From assembly GCA_016748015.1 (NCBI GenBank), contig JAAOMT010000523.1:1134437-1198436 (forward strand): a stretch of DNA of 64,000 nt, written 5' to 3'. The DNA is from Geosiphon pyriformis uo1 (Eukaryota > Fungi > Glomeromycota). Made by a program: the position numbers and the translations under genes. This document shows positions 52,512 to 64,000 of the stretch, piece by piece; position 1 is the stretch's first letter; each line of letters starts with the position of its first letter. Below the pieces are notes generated by a model. That model worked only from the letters and a program-made list of their open reading frames with translations. It did not search any database and was not told the origin of the DNA.

Positions 52512-54869
52512 TTAGTATAAGTTGTCTAAGATACAAAAAGGATCTTTCTTTTGTTTTTGCTTTTTCAAAGGAGACTCTGTAGTTTCATGCAATGGTGATG
52601 AGGGTGGAGACGGAGTAGAAAGTCTTTTTTGAGAATATTTTCGAATCTTTGCAACCAGTTCTATTTGTGTATGCTAAATAATAAAAATAAAAATAATGTG
52701 AACACTGGTGGAATGATTGAAAAGGAAAATATATTATGTATAGCCATATATACCCGTAATGCTAGAAGATTTTCCAAGAAATCTGGCAAAAGGTCTTCCA
52801 TCTCAGATAAAATTGTTGGCAACATCAATGTCACCATCTCAGTAAAAAAATAAATTTTTTTTGAAGTATTGTATACAAGGGAATAGATCGTCCACCTTGT
52901 GCCTATACCAAATAAGAAAAATTTTAGCAGAAAAAATTTAAATTGCACTAAATAAATAAGATGCATTTTTACACATACCTGTAATCTGAATGCCCATTAC
53001 AAAGACCTCTTCAAGTTCATTTTTTTTAAAATGTAATTTATTCCAAAAGGAATCAAGACAGTCCTTCATTACTATTTTTATTTTAGAATGATCTTGCCGG
53101 AACTTGGTATCATCCATGGGACCTTCAGTATTCCCTGCTTCAAGCACCAATAATTCGACTTTGTAAGAACGTAATGATATTATTAAATCCATCTTTTTCG
53201 ATGGTGGTTCTAATTCCATATATTCTTCATGTACAAATTTTCGCTTTCTACATGTAACACTATGAGAGTCTTTTTCAATCCTAAAAAAATTTAAAAGTTG
53301 ATATTATTGGAAGATCATTCCAATGTAAAATTTTGACACCTACCAGTTAAGCTCGAAAGTGCCAATATCAAATTCTTCAAATATGAATCCAATAATTGGG
53401 CTTAGTATCTTGACAATGTAATCTCTTTCCCGATGTTGCATTACAAGAATGTTTACTTCCCTCCGTAAACAGAGATGGCTAAATAAAATTTCAGTTAGTA
53501 TCCATAAAAAACAATTCAATGACCTTCCATTTTGTTCCGTTCAAATGTTCAGCCATAACTTACAAAAATTCAATAACTCCAGCAGTCAATTGGGCATCTT
53601 CAGATTTTAAAATTGAGAATTTGTCTTTCCATAATTTTAAATCATTTAATGATCTCTATAAAAATACAATAATAATCTATAAATATGTTATAAGCAATGT
53701 AACTACAAACAAAAAAAAATAACCTACCATTTGGCCACATCCATCATGTAACAAATTTTGTGCTCCCTTGTCAATTAAATCCTTACATAATTTCTTCTTT
53801 GATCTGTTAAACAATTGAGCATAATCCGATGTTTTTAGTATTCTGCCCCAATCAACTTTCTTCCAATTTGAGAGATCTACAATTCGTGATTCAATGGACC
53901 TGGATTTTTTTTTTAGTAATTGAACGGAGAATGAATATTATTTGCTAAAAGCATACAGTTACAAATCATTACTATAACATACTGCACTCGCAAATTTTCT
54001 TGCTTTAATCTTTCCATAACTTTATCCCAAATTTCCTCAAGATTTAAATTGGAAAATATCAAATCAGATATCTGCAACAGTAATGAAAATTTCAAATATT
54101 GTTTAAAAGATTATGTTAAAATAAAAAAACTGTCCTCATTATAAATACCTTATCCACAATAATACTATCAATTTCCGGATTATTTACATCTTGGTCATGA
54201 GTGCTTAATATTTGTATATTTTCGTAAACAATTGGGTTGTTATTAGGATTCATGGAGTTATGCTTGAGAATAAGAAAAACTTATTAAGTAACCCAAAGTA
54301 CAATTTGTCTCAAGATAGTAACATAAACAAACCTCAGCTTCATTTGATGTTTTTTTAACATTGAAGGAATTTTCAGAGTCGTGTCCAGTGAATAGTGTTT
54401 TGGAATGACTGCTTACTGAAGAAGGTATTTCTGATCGAAGAGAGTTCAATTTCATGTCCATCATTTGTACTGCAACTTCTGATCCATATAGATTAGTTTT
54501 TGTTTCAAATAAATTTTCATTCACCTGTAAACCAGTTAGTTTTTTTGCAAGTAAATCAATAATAAAAATTAATAAATTATTTCTTACCCTTTTATCCATT
54601 CTGTCGAAAACTGCTGTAGCCTCTTTGAATTGGAAAATTCTTTCCACGTCATTATAAAGTTTTGTAGCTTTATCCTGTGCCTTTTTATTTATTGAACAAT
54701 GTGTACTTGCTAATTGAAGCTGATGTTTAAATTCAGCTATGATACCCTCACGATTTTCGGATGTGACCATTGTACAATTTTTTTCAATAGAATCTAGACA
54801 ATCTATGATGCACCATTTCGAATAGTTTGTTTCCCTAAAGTACTTGCTGATCTCATCTGAAGTTTTCAT
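52512..54869 (-). CDS. Intact 10-exon, 562-aa protein with C-terminal PD-(D/E)xK restriction-endonuclease-fold domain (Crinkler CR-REase-like)
   Basis: Exons 54869-54588, 54524-54333, 54262-54149, 54071-53983, 53899-53728, 53655-53564, 53478-53344, 53280-52979, 52902-52754 and 52673-52512. All are GT-AG, phase-consistent, and sum to 1689 nt with no internal stop. Motifs: ERDYIVKILSPII...W.E..S...KKMD...ELLVLEAG...KFRQDHSKIK. Confidence 0.85.
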
Positions 54870-54958
54870 GCTAAATAATAATAAACATTGTTAATACAAA
54901 GTTAATGTCAATAATTTTTCTTTTAAAAAGAAAATTGTTGGCATAGACATAATGATCT

Positions 54959-55219
54959 CTGGAAAGAAGTTGCCAATCTCATGTGCTAAAGCCGATCCTA
55001 GCAGGAGCATGACGCCTACTTTCCAAACATCGATCGAGGGAGGTCCACAGTAAGTGAAGCAGTTCCCACGCATCGTAGGGAGGCATTAAGTCTAATATAC
55101 TGGAAAGAAGTTGCCAATCTCATGTGCTAAGCCGATCCTAGCAGGAGCATGACGCCTACTTTCCAAACATCGATCGAGGGAGGTCCACAGTAAGTGAAGC
55201 AGTTCCCACGCATCGTAGG
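54959..55219. repeat. Near-perfect ~120-bp direct repeat x2 separated by 20 bp
   Basis: 54959-55079 and 55100-55219 are identical apart from a 1-nt indel; GC/CpG-rich; flanked by inverted repeat TGTTGGCA (54936) / TGCCAACA (55238). Confidence 0.97.
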
Positions 55220-55791
55220 ATATTGTAGTTTGCCAACATTTGAACAAAAAAATGCTACGCATACTTTCCTGATATAATGGTATATACTAGGATGAGAAAT
55301 CTTGAAAACAAAACAAAAGTTGTCTATTTAAATTATGCGTTAACACGTGTTCTCTGTTACGTAATAACCATACTAAATCAAAAATAACATATTAATATAA
55401 TTTCACCGTGTAACAATTAATATGCGCACATTTTAAAAAGTCCAAAATAACAATTCAATAAATAGTTAATCATCATCATCATATGTATGATTTTTTCTCA
55501 ACAAATATAAAATAGAGTAAATATTTTATATATTTTCACTTTATTAGTGATAGCATAATACAAAATTATAATCAAATTTATAGGATGAAAATTTCAGTCA
55601 ATATTGTTAAATGTTAATAGATTTTAAACTTTTTTTAATTAAATAAATCAAATAAAAAGATTTTAGATTAATAATATTCCAAATTAATGTTTTTTTATTG
55701 TTTAGTTTATTAATTATGTTTATAAATATTCTAATTAAAAAACATTATCAAAATAATTTTTTGGTTATTGTTATTTAAATAATAAATACAG

Positions 55792-56756
55792 TGTTATCGG
55801 AGGTTTTTGGTCTCTTTTCTTTAATGTTGTTGATGCCTGTTTACTGTAAATTCACATTTTCTGGATGTGGTTGAACCTCTAGTAACTGAATTTATCTTCA
55901 AATTATCTCCTATAATTTAAACTGCTGGGCTTATAAGTGGAATGGCCAATTCCATGCCAGTTACTTTATATAGTTATGTGGTAGTAAACGTCAACTCTTT
56001 CCCAGGAATTGCTTATCTGGAAGCTCACTAAAAATGTGTAGTTACTTTGCTGTGAAAATCAACTCTTCTATAGAAGTTCTTGTCTGTAGGCTACTCAACT
56101 AATTTATAATAAGAAAAGAAAGAGAATAAAAGAAATGTAAAAGAAAAAGTAAAACTGATAATTTATGGAAGTCATTTCGGATCCAGGCCTGGAAGTGCTT
56201 TAATAGTTTACTGAAATTGGTAGCTAGTCAATTTCAAACTGTTAGTAGGAATTGGTTAATTTCAAGAGAAATAATTAAGGATTTGATTTTTTGAATTATT
56301 TGATATTTATTTTGTTTTTGTACGTAAAGGATGATTCTAATTATTCAATCTAAAGCAAGATACATTTTCTCGAAAAGAGAAGCTCTTCTTTTATACAACT
56401 TGTCATAACACTATTCTATGAACTTGAACTTTGCTATTTTCTATAATTTTGCTGAACTAAAGATATATTTCAGTAAACTACAAGTTATTTCTGTGAACTA
56501 TTAGATTTTTCGGCAAACTATCAATTATTTCGGCACACTTTTTGAATGTTACATAGTTCGGGATATTGCATAATTGATCATTGTAATTAGGTTACATTTG
56601 TGTTATGTACAAATTGGGTTATTAATTAAATGATAATTTTGGATATTTTGCTAATGTAATACATGATAATTTGAAATGATAATATATGCTAATTAATGAT
56701 AAGATTTATAAGGGTAATTTTATGCTAAACAATATCTCTAATTTTGTCTGGCAACA
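55792..56756. mobile_element. Solo LTR family C, copy C2 (inverted relative to C1)
   Basis: TGTTATCGG...GGCAACA termini; TSD ACAG (55788-55791, 56757-56760). Confidence 0.92.
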
Positions 56757-57067
56757 ACAGTATAAATATAAAAACATATTAATTTTTTTTCTTTTTTTTT
56801 AACATTGTTTTAAATTTTAATGAAATTATTTTAGCAAATTAATTGAAATAAAGTTATAAAGTAAAAATAAAATTATATATATAGAGATAAATATATATAA
56901 AAAATATTAATAAAGATAATAAATGCAATAGTTTTTTTTTATTATTATTATTTAATGAGTGAAATCCAAACACTACCTAGTACAATACATCATACTAGTG
57001 ATCTAAACTAGGCATAAATCATGCTTTTTCTACACGTGACCAGCCACTTAGACTAATCAGGACAACA

Positions 57068-60000
57068 CTAGGCACCTATATGCACCGAGACCAAGTTACT
57101 TACACCTGAAAAAAATAAACTAGATTTACAAAACCCAAAACTAACACCAAGTGCATCAGCAATACCCAACAATCTAACCACACTGGACGAGAGCACTAAA
57201 GAAAGACCAGAAACCGAGATAGAAATAGAGTCGTCACATGAGACCAAGCCACCTTTCTCTATAACAGCTCTGTGTTTCACACGCACCAGCCAAATATCAT
57301 CACAGAATGCAAGACAGAATTCATGAACAAATGCCACAATATTTTGAGCCACTGTTTTAGAGTTTTTGAAAACAGAAAGAGATTCACAATACCACTCATT
57401 GAAAACAAAGCCCTTACATATAGCCGTACTAACAACAGCATCAGAAGTACAAGCAGAAAGCAACTGTGAAACACATGAAGTCGAGTGAGATAAACCTGAT
57501 CACGTTTTCCAAACAGATGCATAAGTGTTTATCAACCTAGCATAATCACCAGCATCGAATAGGCACAAAAACACATGATCACCAGCATCAAATGGGCACG
57601 AAAACACATAATTTGAAATTTCAACATCACTACAAAACAAACACATCACACTGGGGTATTCCTTATTGTAAAGCCACTTTTGCACAGCAACAGGAAGATG
57701 ATAATGCAACGCTTTCATAAAATATGTCTGAGATCCAGCAGTATGAACACTAGTGAAACCAGCAGCCAAGTAAGAGTCCGGATGCCACACCGAACATGAT
57801 CTGAACCAATCAACATCAATACGTAGGCTATCCACCAATACCCGAGAACCAGAACCGACCTCCCAATGTGCATAGTAAATAGAGTGAAAAACACCATGAA
57901 CAAAATGCCTAGAATTACCAGAAACCACAGTACCACCAGCCTTAAGAAAATGTTCATCGATCCTGTAAGGAAGACACACATCAGAAGACGTAGCAGCTCT
58001 AGCCAAAGTGTTAGCACACTCATTGCCCAAGACTCCAGAGTGACCTCTAACTTTAATCCAATTAACATCCAAATTTTTGCGATGAATGACATTAAAAATA
58101 TGGTGGCGTTCGACCCAACACCGATTTCTGAAATCTGGACGCTCCAACATTAACTCTGACTTGCATGCATTCAAAGCGGCCTGGCTGTCCGAAAACAGAT
58201 TAACTGAACGAGAAGGAGGGACACACTCGAGAGCCAAAGCAATAGCCTGCAGCTCTGTCATGATAGAAGAAACCAAACCAGAAACTTCCACACCCAAACC
58301 CAAATCAATGTCCTTAAAAAAAACAGCTGCGTCAGCCTTCATATCAAGAGTACCCAGCCCACACAAAGAACCATCCGTAAACAGAGAAAGGCAATTGGAA
58401 TCAACCTTCAACAAGCGATTACAAACAACATCAAACTCACAAGACTCAAGTACATCAGACGAGTCAACATTTAGTGGCAAAAGAGAACAAATGGGAGATG
58501 ACCCAGAACCAGACAAAAAGTGAACAGCAGCAATGAATCAATCAGGAATCAGGCCCCAAGGGTCCAGTCTTTTCCATCATTTGAAAGTCCTCCATTCGAA
58601 AACAGAACCAGTTCGATCGCGAAGCTGCTTAACAAAGGCAATTCCATATCACCGAAGCGAAGAGACACATTTATAAAAAGTAAACTCGCCAAGCACAATA
58701 GACATTGGGGTCCCCTTTTGAAAACGAAAAACATTGATCACGAGACCACCCAGAGAAAGGTTGCAACCCAAAAAAATCCGAACAACACCAGCCAAAAAAT
58801 TATTCAAAGGATTGACATTAATACGAGAAGGGAAAAGCAGGGAGTGACGAGGGCACCAGCTGAGAACCTGTAAATCATGAGATCTATGTGCGAACAGGCA
58901 GCCCAAAATACCTACTGAATTGGCAAAACAAACAACAGCAGCTAATTTGCTCTCAGCCTGGATCTGTTCAAAAGATTTCAACCTGTACAGAGAAGGATGA
59001 TGAATAGTATTATTGGAAAAGTCGAGTGGCAGGCCAGATTTGGACTTCAAACTTTTACGAATCATAGTGTCCCATTTTGCACACACACTAATAGGAACAA
59101 AACTAAACTGAGTCCTGTAGGCAATTATGGAGTGAAGAACTGCTGACACCAAATACGAGAACTGCTTATAAGAGATAGCCTTTCTCAGAACAAGGTTGGT
59201 GAAAAACTGGACATCCAAGCGTGCCTTAGCCAAGCTAGACTTTGACAAACCTTCAGTAGACAGAAAGATACCCAGGTACCGATAAGGCTCTCCCTTTTTG
59301 GCTATCAAAATAGGCAAACCACTGATCAACAAATGAGAACTGGAAACTCTACAATTAATGGGAATGGCCACCGTTTTGTCATTATTGATCGAAATGTCAT
59401 TGACTCAAAAAAACTCACTAGCAACATTGAGAATATGTTGGGTGGCAGCCTGGCTGCTACCAATCCAAATCATATTGTTGACGAAAACACCAGCAGTAAG
59501 AAAAGAAGTCAAACCAGCCCAAGATTTAGCGCAACCAGTGTTGGCAACAAAACGAGAGTCTAACTTGTATCCACATACACTTTCTTGTCTCTTGACCTCA
59601 CACAAAAGAGGATCATAAAATATGCGTCAGAGAAGAGGAGAAAACACCTCCTCTTGATCCAAACCATCATGTACTCAATATCTATCAGTCAACCCAAAAC
59701 CCATCATAACTCTGTTGATCCGATCATTGTGGATGCTACCAAAAAACCGAATGAATTTTTTACACATTTTTATTCTGACCAAGCTTTTCCTCAGATGCTC
59801 TCAGCCAACAGAATCATAAGCCTTTTGCATGTCTTGTAAGACCAGCCACAGCTCTCGGTTCTTTTCCAAAGCATCCTCAATGACCGATCCAATAGCAAAA
59901 ATAGGAGACTGCATGGTCGTGCCTTTTAAAACAGAAAAATTATCTCCCTTTAGAACGTCGAAAACACTACAAGCCGAAGAAATTCTGTCCGAAAGCACTT

Positions 60001-61789
60001 TAGAAAGGATTTTGCGAGCCGTCTCAACCAAAGCAATAGGATGGGTATTTGTAAGAACGCCCTCCCACTTATATGGTTTGGGGATCAACGACATTCAAGC
60101 CTCCTTCCAAGGCCCAGGAACAGATCCCCGCTCCAAGCAAACATTCAAAAGCACTAAAAGCATATCCAAAACTGATTTGTTGCAATGTTTCTACAACTCA
60201 TTCGAGATACCAGAGAGACCAGCTGCTTTCCCATCAGGCAGGTTCAAAACAACACTAAACATTTTATCAAAATCAATTAGGCTTATTACACCAGAAAAAG
60301 CGTCATCAAAAACATACTCTAAAAACTGATATTGGCAATCTCAGACACCAGTAACATCAGAAACTACATTGCGCTTCCTAGTCCATCCCTCCATGACTGC
60401 ATCTACTTCGGCCTTAACTAGAGCAGGCTCCAAAACCAACTCATCATCAACAACCAGATGATCCAAAGTTACTTTGCGAAAAGGACGTTCTAACACACTT
60501 CTAATAGTATAACCTTTGTTCAATTCGAAACTTTCCATCCTCTTATCTATTGCCAACCTGATTTGAGATTCCTTAACTCGCTCCACTTCCAACATTTTGG
60601 AAGCGCGATAAAACTTTTTGACCTTAGACAAAGCTGACCGAATAGCATTGAAGTGGGAACCTGATAGGAAGAGAGACTTCACTGCAGAAGCATTGACTGA
60701 ATCCAAACCTACCCACCTGTTGAGCAAGGATGTAAACTCCTCAGCAGAATCCATATGAGATGCTTTGACTAACTTAGACACCAAAAGCTCTAGCTTGTGA
60801 AATTTGGATGAATCCTTGCTAAAATTTTTATCATATTCTTTGAACCACTTTTTCTTGAAAACTGCCTTAGCAGACAGACACATTACTCTATGGAGAGCAA
60901 CCCACATCAAATCCAAGTCCGAGCAGACCCTGGCTATAAGAAAATCATCATGAAACATAGCAGCATTTGCTGCCGTATCTTCTTTAAATTTGGCCCATTT
61001 AACATCATCCGCACCTTTGCAATTGTACTTCCAGCGATCTCTATTTGCTTGCTTGCAAACAGAATTCAACTGAACATTGAGCAGACCACCCAAACCCACT
61101 AACACTGAGACAGCCAGATGATCAGTATTAAAGTATTCCCCAATGCCAAACACGTCGCGACCCACTACCACATTGACCAGATTTGAAGAAATGAACATAA
61201 AATCAATCATCTTAGCAACGCTCCGAGAATTGGACCAAGTCAGCAATTTCCCATAGGAGCTCTCACCCAAGGCATTAACCAGACCCAAATTCAGACATTT
61301 TTTAAAACTTGCACACTTGTGAGAACCATCTTCATTGAAATTGCCACCGAGAACAATGAAGAAAGATTCATTAACAGCTTTTGCAATGAGAGAGTTAACT
61401 TCACCAGTCTGAGAGAACCAAACTGCTGAGGAAGCACCAGCATACAGACCCAGAATAGACACTGAAAGTTTATTTTTGAAAAGTAACTTAATGGACAAGA
61501 GCCGACCAGGCACTTCTGACACTTTGCACATATGTCTCGCCAAAGAAGAATTCATAACGACTGCAACACCAGCACCCAGATATCCAGATTCCAAACCAGA
61601 GGTAAATACCCACACACCATCATATTTGTTGACAATCCAAGGGCGAATTTTTTTTTTTAACTTTGATTCTGTAAAAATAGAAACTAAATTGTTCTTCTCC
61701 ATATGCCAATGAATGACATCGTCTTGTTTTGCAAAATTGTTCATACCTCTAACATTGCAAGTAGCAATATTCCAAATCAGACTGTTCAT
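57068..61789 (-). pseudogene. LINE ORF2: APE endonuclease, RT, RNase H, C-terminal Cys/His finger (a few stops)
   Basis: IATCNVRG...E..LGGNFN...IDFMF...TDH (APE); LQDMQKAYDSV and FVNN(=FVDD) (RT); TDGS...ELQA...SDSQ...VRGHSGVLGNE (RNase H); CLFC. Confidence 0.93.
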
Positions 61790-63576
61790 TAAGAAGAAAA
61801 GAAATTTAAACCCACCCCAAAACTGTCTACTTTGGCTGAAAGTCCCAGAACTGTTTCTATCAGACACTTCATGCTGTCTTCCAACTTGGACACCAAAGAT
61901 ACATCGAAAGACACCACTCCCACAACAATCTCACCACTAGTGGCTGCACCTGAACCCTCACTCATTACTATATCCACCCCTTGATTCTGTGATGAAGGAG
62001 TCACCAATGGCTGACATCCAGGGCTTGGCTGGGAAACTATTGGTCCAAGTGCATCCAGCCTCTTAGCCAGCTTACCCACTTGCTCCGCGAGGCTGGCGAG
62101 ACTGTGCTCAAGAGCAGCAAATCTATCATTGACTTTCATCAAAACTGGCAGGGACGGCACCATCTCCGAAGAGGAACCAGATTTCACTGAAGCATTTCGT
62201 CTAAAGAGAGGAGGAAAAGAAGATCCACTAGCAATCTTTGCCTAAGAGAGACCACCAAAAGAGACTGGACGAGCAACTGGAGCTGATTGCTTGGCATAGA
62301 TGGCTGCCAATCTGCTTTTATCTGTGTCTGACAGGACTCTACGCGAAGACAAATCTGAAGAAACCCTCCCACCAATCACACAGCCCAATGACGTATGGCC
62401 TGATTTCCCACACTTGGCACACTTGGCCAAAACAAGACAAGACCAGCGTAGATTGACGCCCCTCAACACTGGTGTGATTCCCACAATGGCATCCAATGAT
62501 TCAGCAGAATCAAAACAGATGACAGCACACCTAGCCCTAGCATATGTAACTGGATGACAATCAATAACACATGTCTTCCCACCCACAGAACCAATAAAAT
62601 CTCAGATGTCATGAGCAGTTGTTCCCATTGGCAGAGTATAGAACAGCACCCTATGCTGGTCTCTCGTGTCCCATGATTCTTTGTCCAAATCTGATCTAGC
62701 CACCCGCACAGCATCCTTTCCGATTAAGATTGACCACTTTGCTGTGACCAAATCGGCATGATCTGATTGCTCAAATTCTACCATAGCCTTCTGCCACAGC
62801 CCCACCAATTGCATCTTGATCAACTTAATTATCCCAAACTCAGAGAGCGCAGCACGCACAATCTCAGCTGATGTTCCAACTGGAATTTTCTTTAACACCA
62901 CAGCCCGATCTGAGCGACCAGCTGATCTCTTAAGATTGGTGTTTACCATAATATTCACACCAGTAGCTTTTTCAGTGGCTTTCATTAGACCCAATTCGGA
63001 AGTGAATGTCGCTTTAATGATCCCTGAGAACTTTGAGGGGGTAGATGCCCCCCCAAAACCATTGATTCCTGAAAATAAACTCCTGATCTTTTTGAGCTTT
63101 TCCTGGGCCAAATTTCTTTCTACCGCTTTCAGATCTAAATCCAAAGCAAATGACTTTCTAACAAAAACATTGACCAGGTTCTTAAGAGGAAGGAGAAGCA
63201 CCAGAGGGGCATCCAGAAGAATATCATTATTATCATCGTCATCCAGGAAGTCGATCTTTCCCAAAGGTTTTCCCAATGCTTTTCTAGTTGTCATCCGCGA
63301 ACCTTTCGGCGTTTGATCCAAATCTCCACCAATGAGTGCACCACTTTCACCATAATCGAAACTTGTTTCCTCTACAAGACACTCCTCTTCCATATCAACA
63401 CTGTTAGATTCTGTGGTATCACCAGTCTCTGAACCCCATGAACAACCACTTTGCACCTTAGCAGAACTCTCTTCAGCACCAGCATTGTCCTCAAAAACAC
63501 TGTTTTTTCTCTTTTTCCTTGACAGAACAGTCTTGAAACCACTCTCAAAGCCAGAACTTTTAACCATCTGTTTCAT
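61789..63576 (-). pseudogene. LINE ORF1: RRM-like domains, CCHC knuckle, coiled coil
   Basis: VVLKKIPVGT...KAMVEFE (RRM-like) and CAKCGKSGHTSLGC; stops at 62602 and 62242 come from TGG transitions. Confidence 0.9.
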
Positions 63577-64000
63577 GACAGCAATACTAAGGCCAACAAC
63601 GGCCTCATAATCAAGCAGAAATGATTTAGATTTATCATACTAAATGGTAAAAAACTTCTTCCAAGAAACTTTTGACTCTTTTTTGGGATTTGTGGAGGAA
63701 CGAGAAAAAGAAGTTTTTTTCTTGCTTCTTAGTAGTTTTAATAAATATTAAAAAACAATTAATTTGTTAAAAAAAAGTTGTAATTATAATTGTTTTTCAA
63801 AAATTTTTAAGAAAAAATTGCAGAATTAAGAGAATTTTTTCAAGCTTTTTCTAAATTTAAACAAGACATATTTTTAATAATATAAATTAAAACAATAAAT
63901 AATAAATCAATAAATATTAGTAAATATCTTAAAAAAAATCAGATTTAACAAAAAAAACTTTTTATTATTAAAATTATAACACTTTTTTGTTAAAAAACTT

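Larger units (their letters stand above)
56932..63700 (-). mobile_element. L1-like LINE copy 3, least decayed
   Basis: (TAA)n/poly-A tail at 56932-56953; 3'UTR shared with copies 1 and 2; long ORF1 and ORF2 remnants; CpGs retained; 5' end approximate. Confidence 0.93.

Noticed and set aside
54945-54956. 11-nt match (GACATAATGAT) between the cassette flank and the A1 RT YLDD region (~34810) as a guide-target pair
   Set aside because: An 11-mer match is expected by chance in 64 kb of AT-rich DNA.
54959-55219. Hammerhead/HDV ribozyme, TPP riboswitch, C/D snoRNA, snRNA or tRNA
   Set aside because: No CUGANGA/GAAA core, no CUGA box and no convincing HDV pseudoknot or tRNA cloverleaf by eye; an Rfam search is still needed.
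54936-55238. Mini LTR/MITE bounded by TG...CA
   Set aside because: The flanks (AAAT / TTTG) are not a target-site duplication.
52226-55600. Helitron or TIR element carrying the REase gene
   Set aside because: Only weak AT-rich inverted matches; no CTRR end with a GC hairpin, no clear TIR or TSD.
57272-63610. Plus-strand ORFs over the LINEs, and antisense ORFs over the gypsy elements
   Set aside because: Shadow ORFs of the opposite-strand coding frames, with no recognisable motifs.

Overview
AT-rich, repeat-dense eukaryotic DNA, almost certainly from a Glomeromycotan fungus (the TE proteins resemble Geosiphon-type sequences as I recall them; inference, not a search result). About 90% is nested, C>T/G>A-hypermutated transposons. 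These include a dead pogo/Tigger DNA transposon (502-3320) and three L1-like LINEs with RNase H (5.9-12.3, 39.2-49.4 and 57.0-63.7 kb, all minus strand, progressively less decayed). There is also a three-level Ty3/gypsy nest (A1 12932-39171 contains B 16949-34609, which contains A2 24829-32483) and several solo LTRs, nearly all with 4-bp TSDs centred on a YR step. Family A uses a U-UUA-AAC -1 frameshift. Family B carries zinc-finger-like inserts and a dUTPase. Both families carry an extra ~210-aa non-Env ORF3 after integrase. The only intact gene is a 10-exon, 562-aa PD-(D/E)xK (Crinkler CR-REase-like) nuclease (54869-52512). Just upstream, in a probable 5'-UTR intron, lies a CpG-rich, hairpin-forming ~120-bp direct repeat / 20-bp spacer / repeat cassette closed by an inverted repeat. 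That cassette and the ORF3 family are the best candidates for something undescribed.
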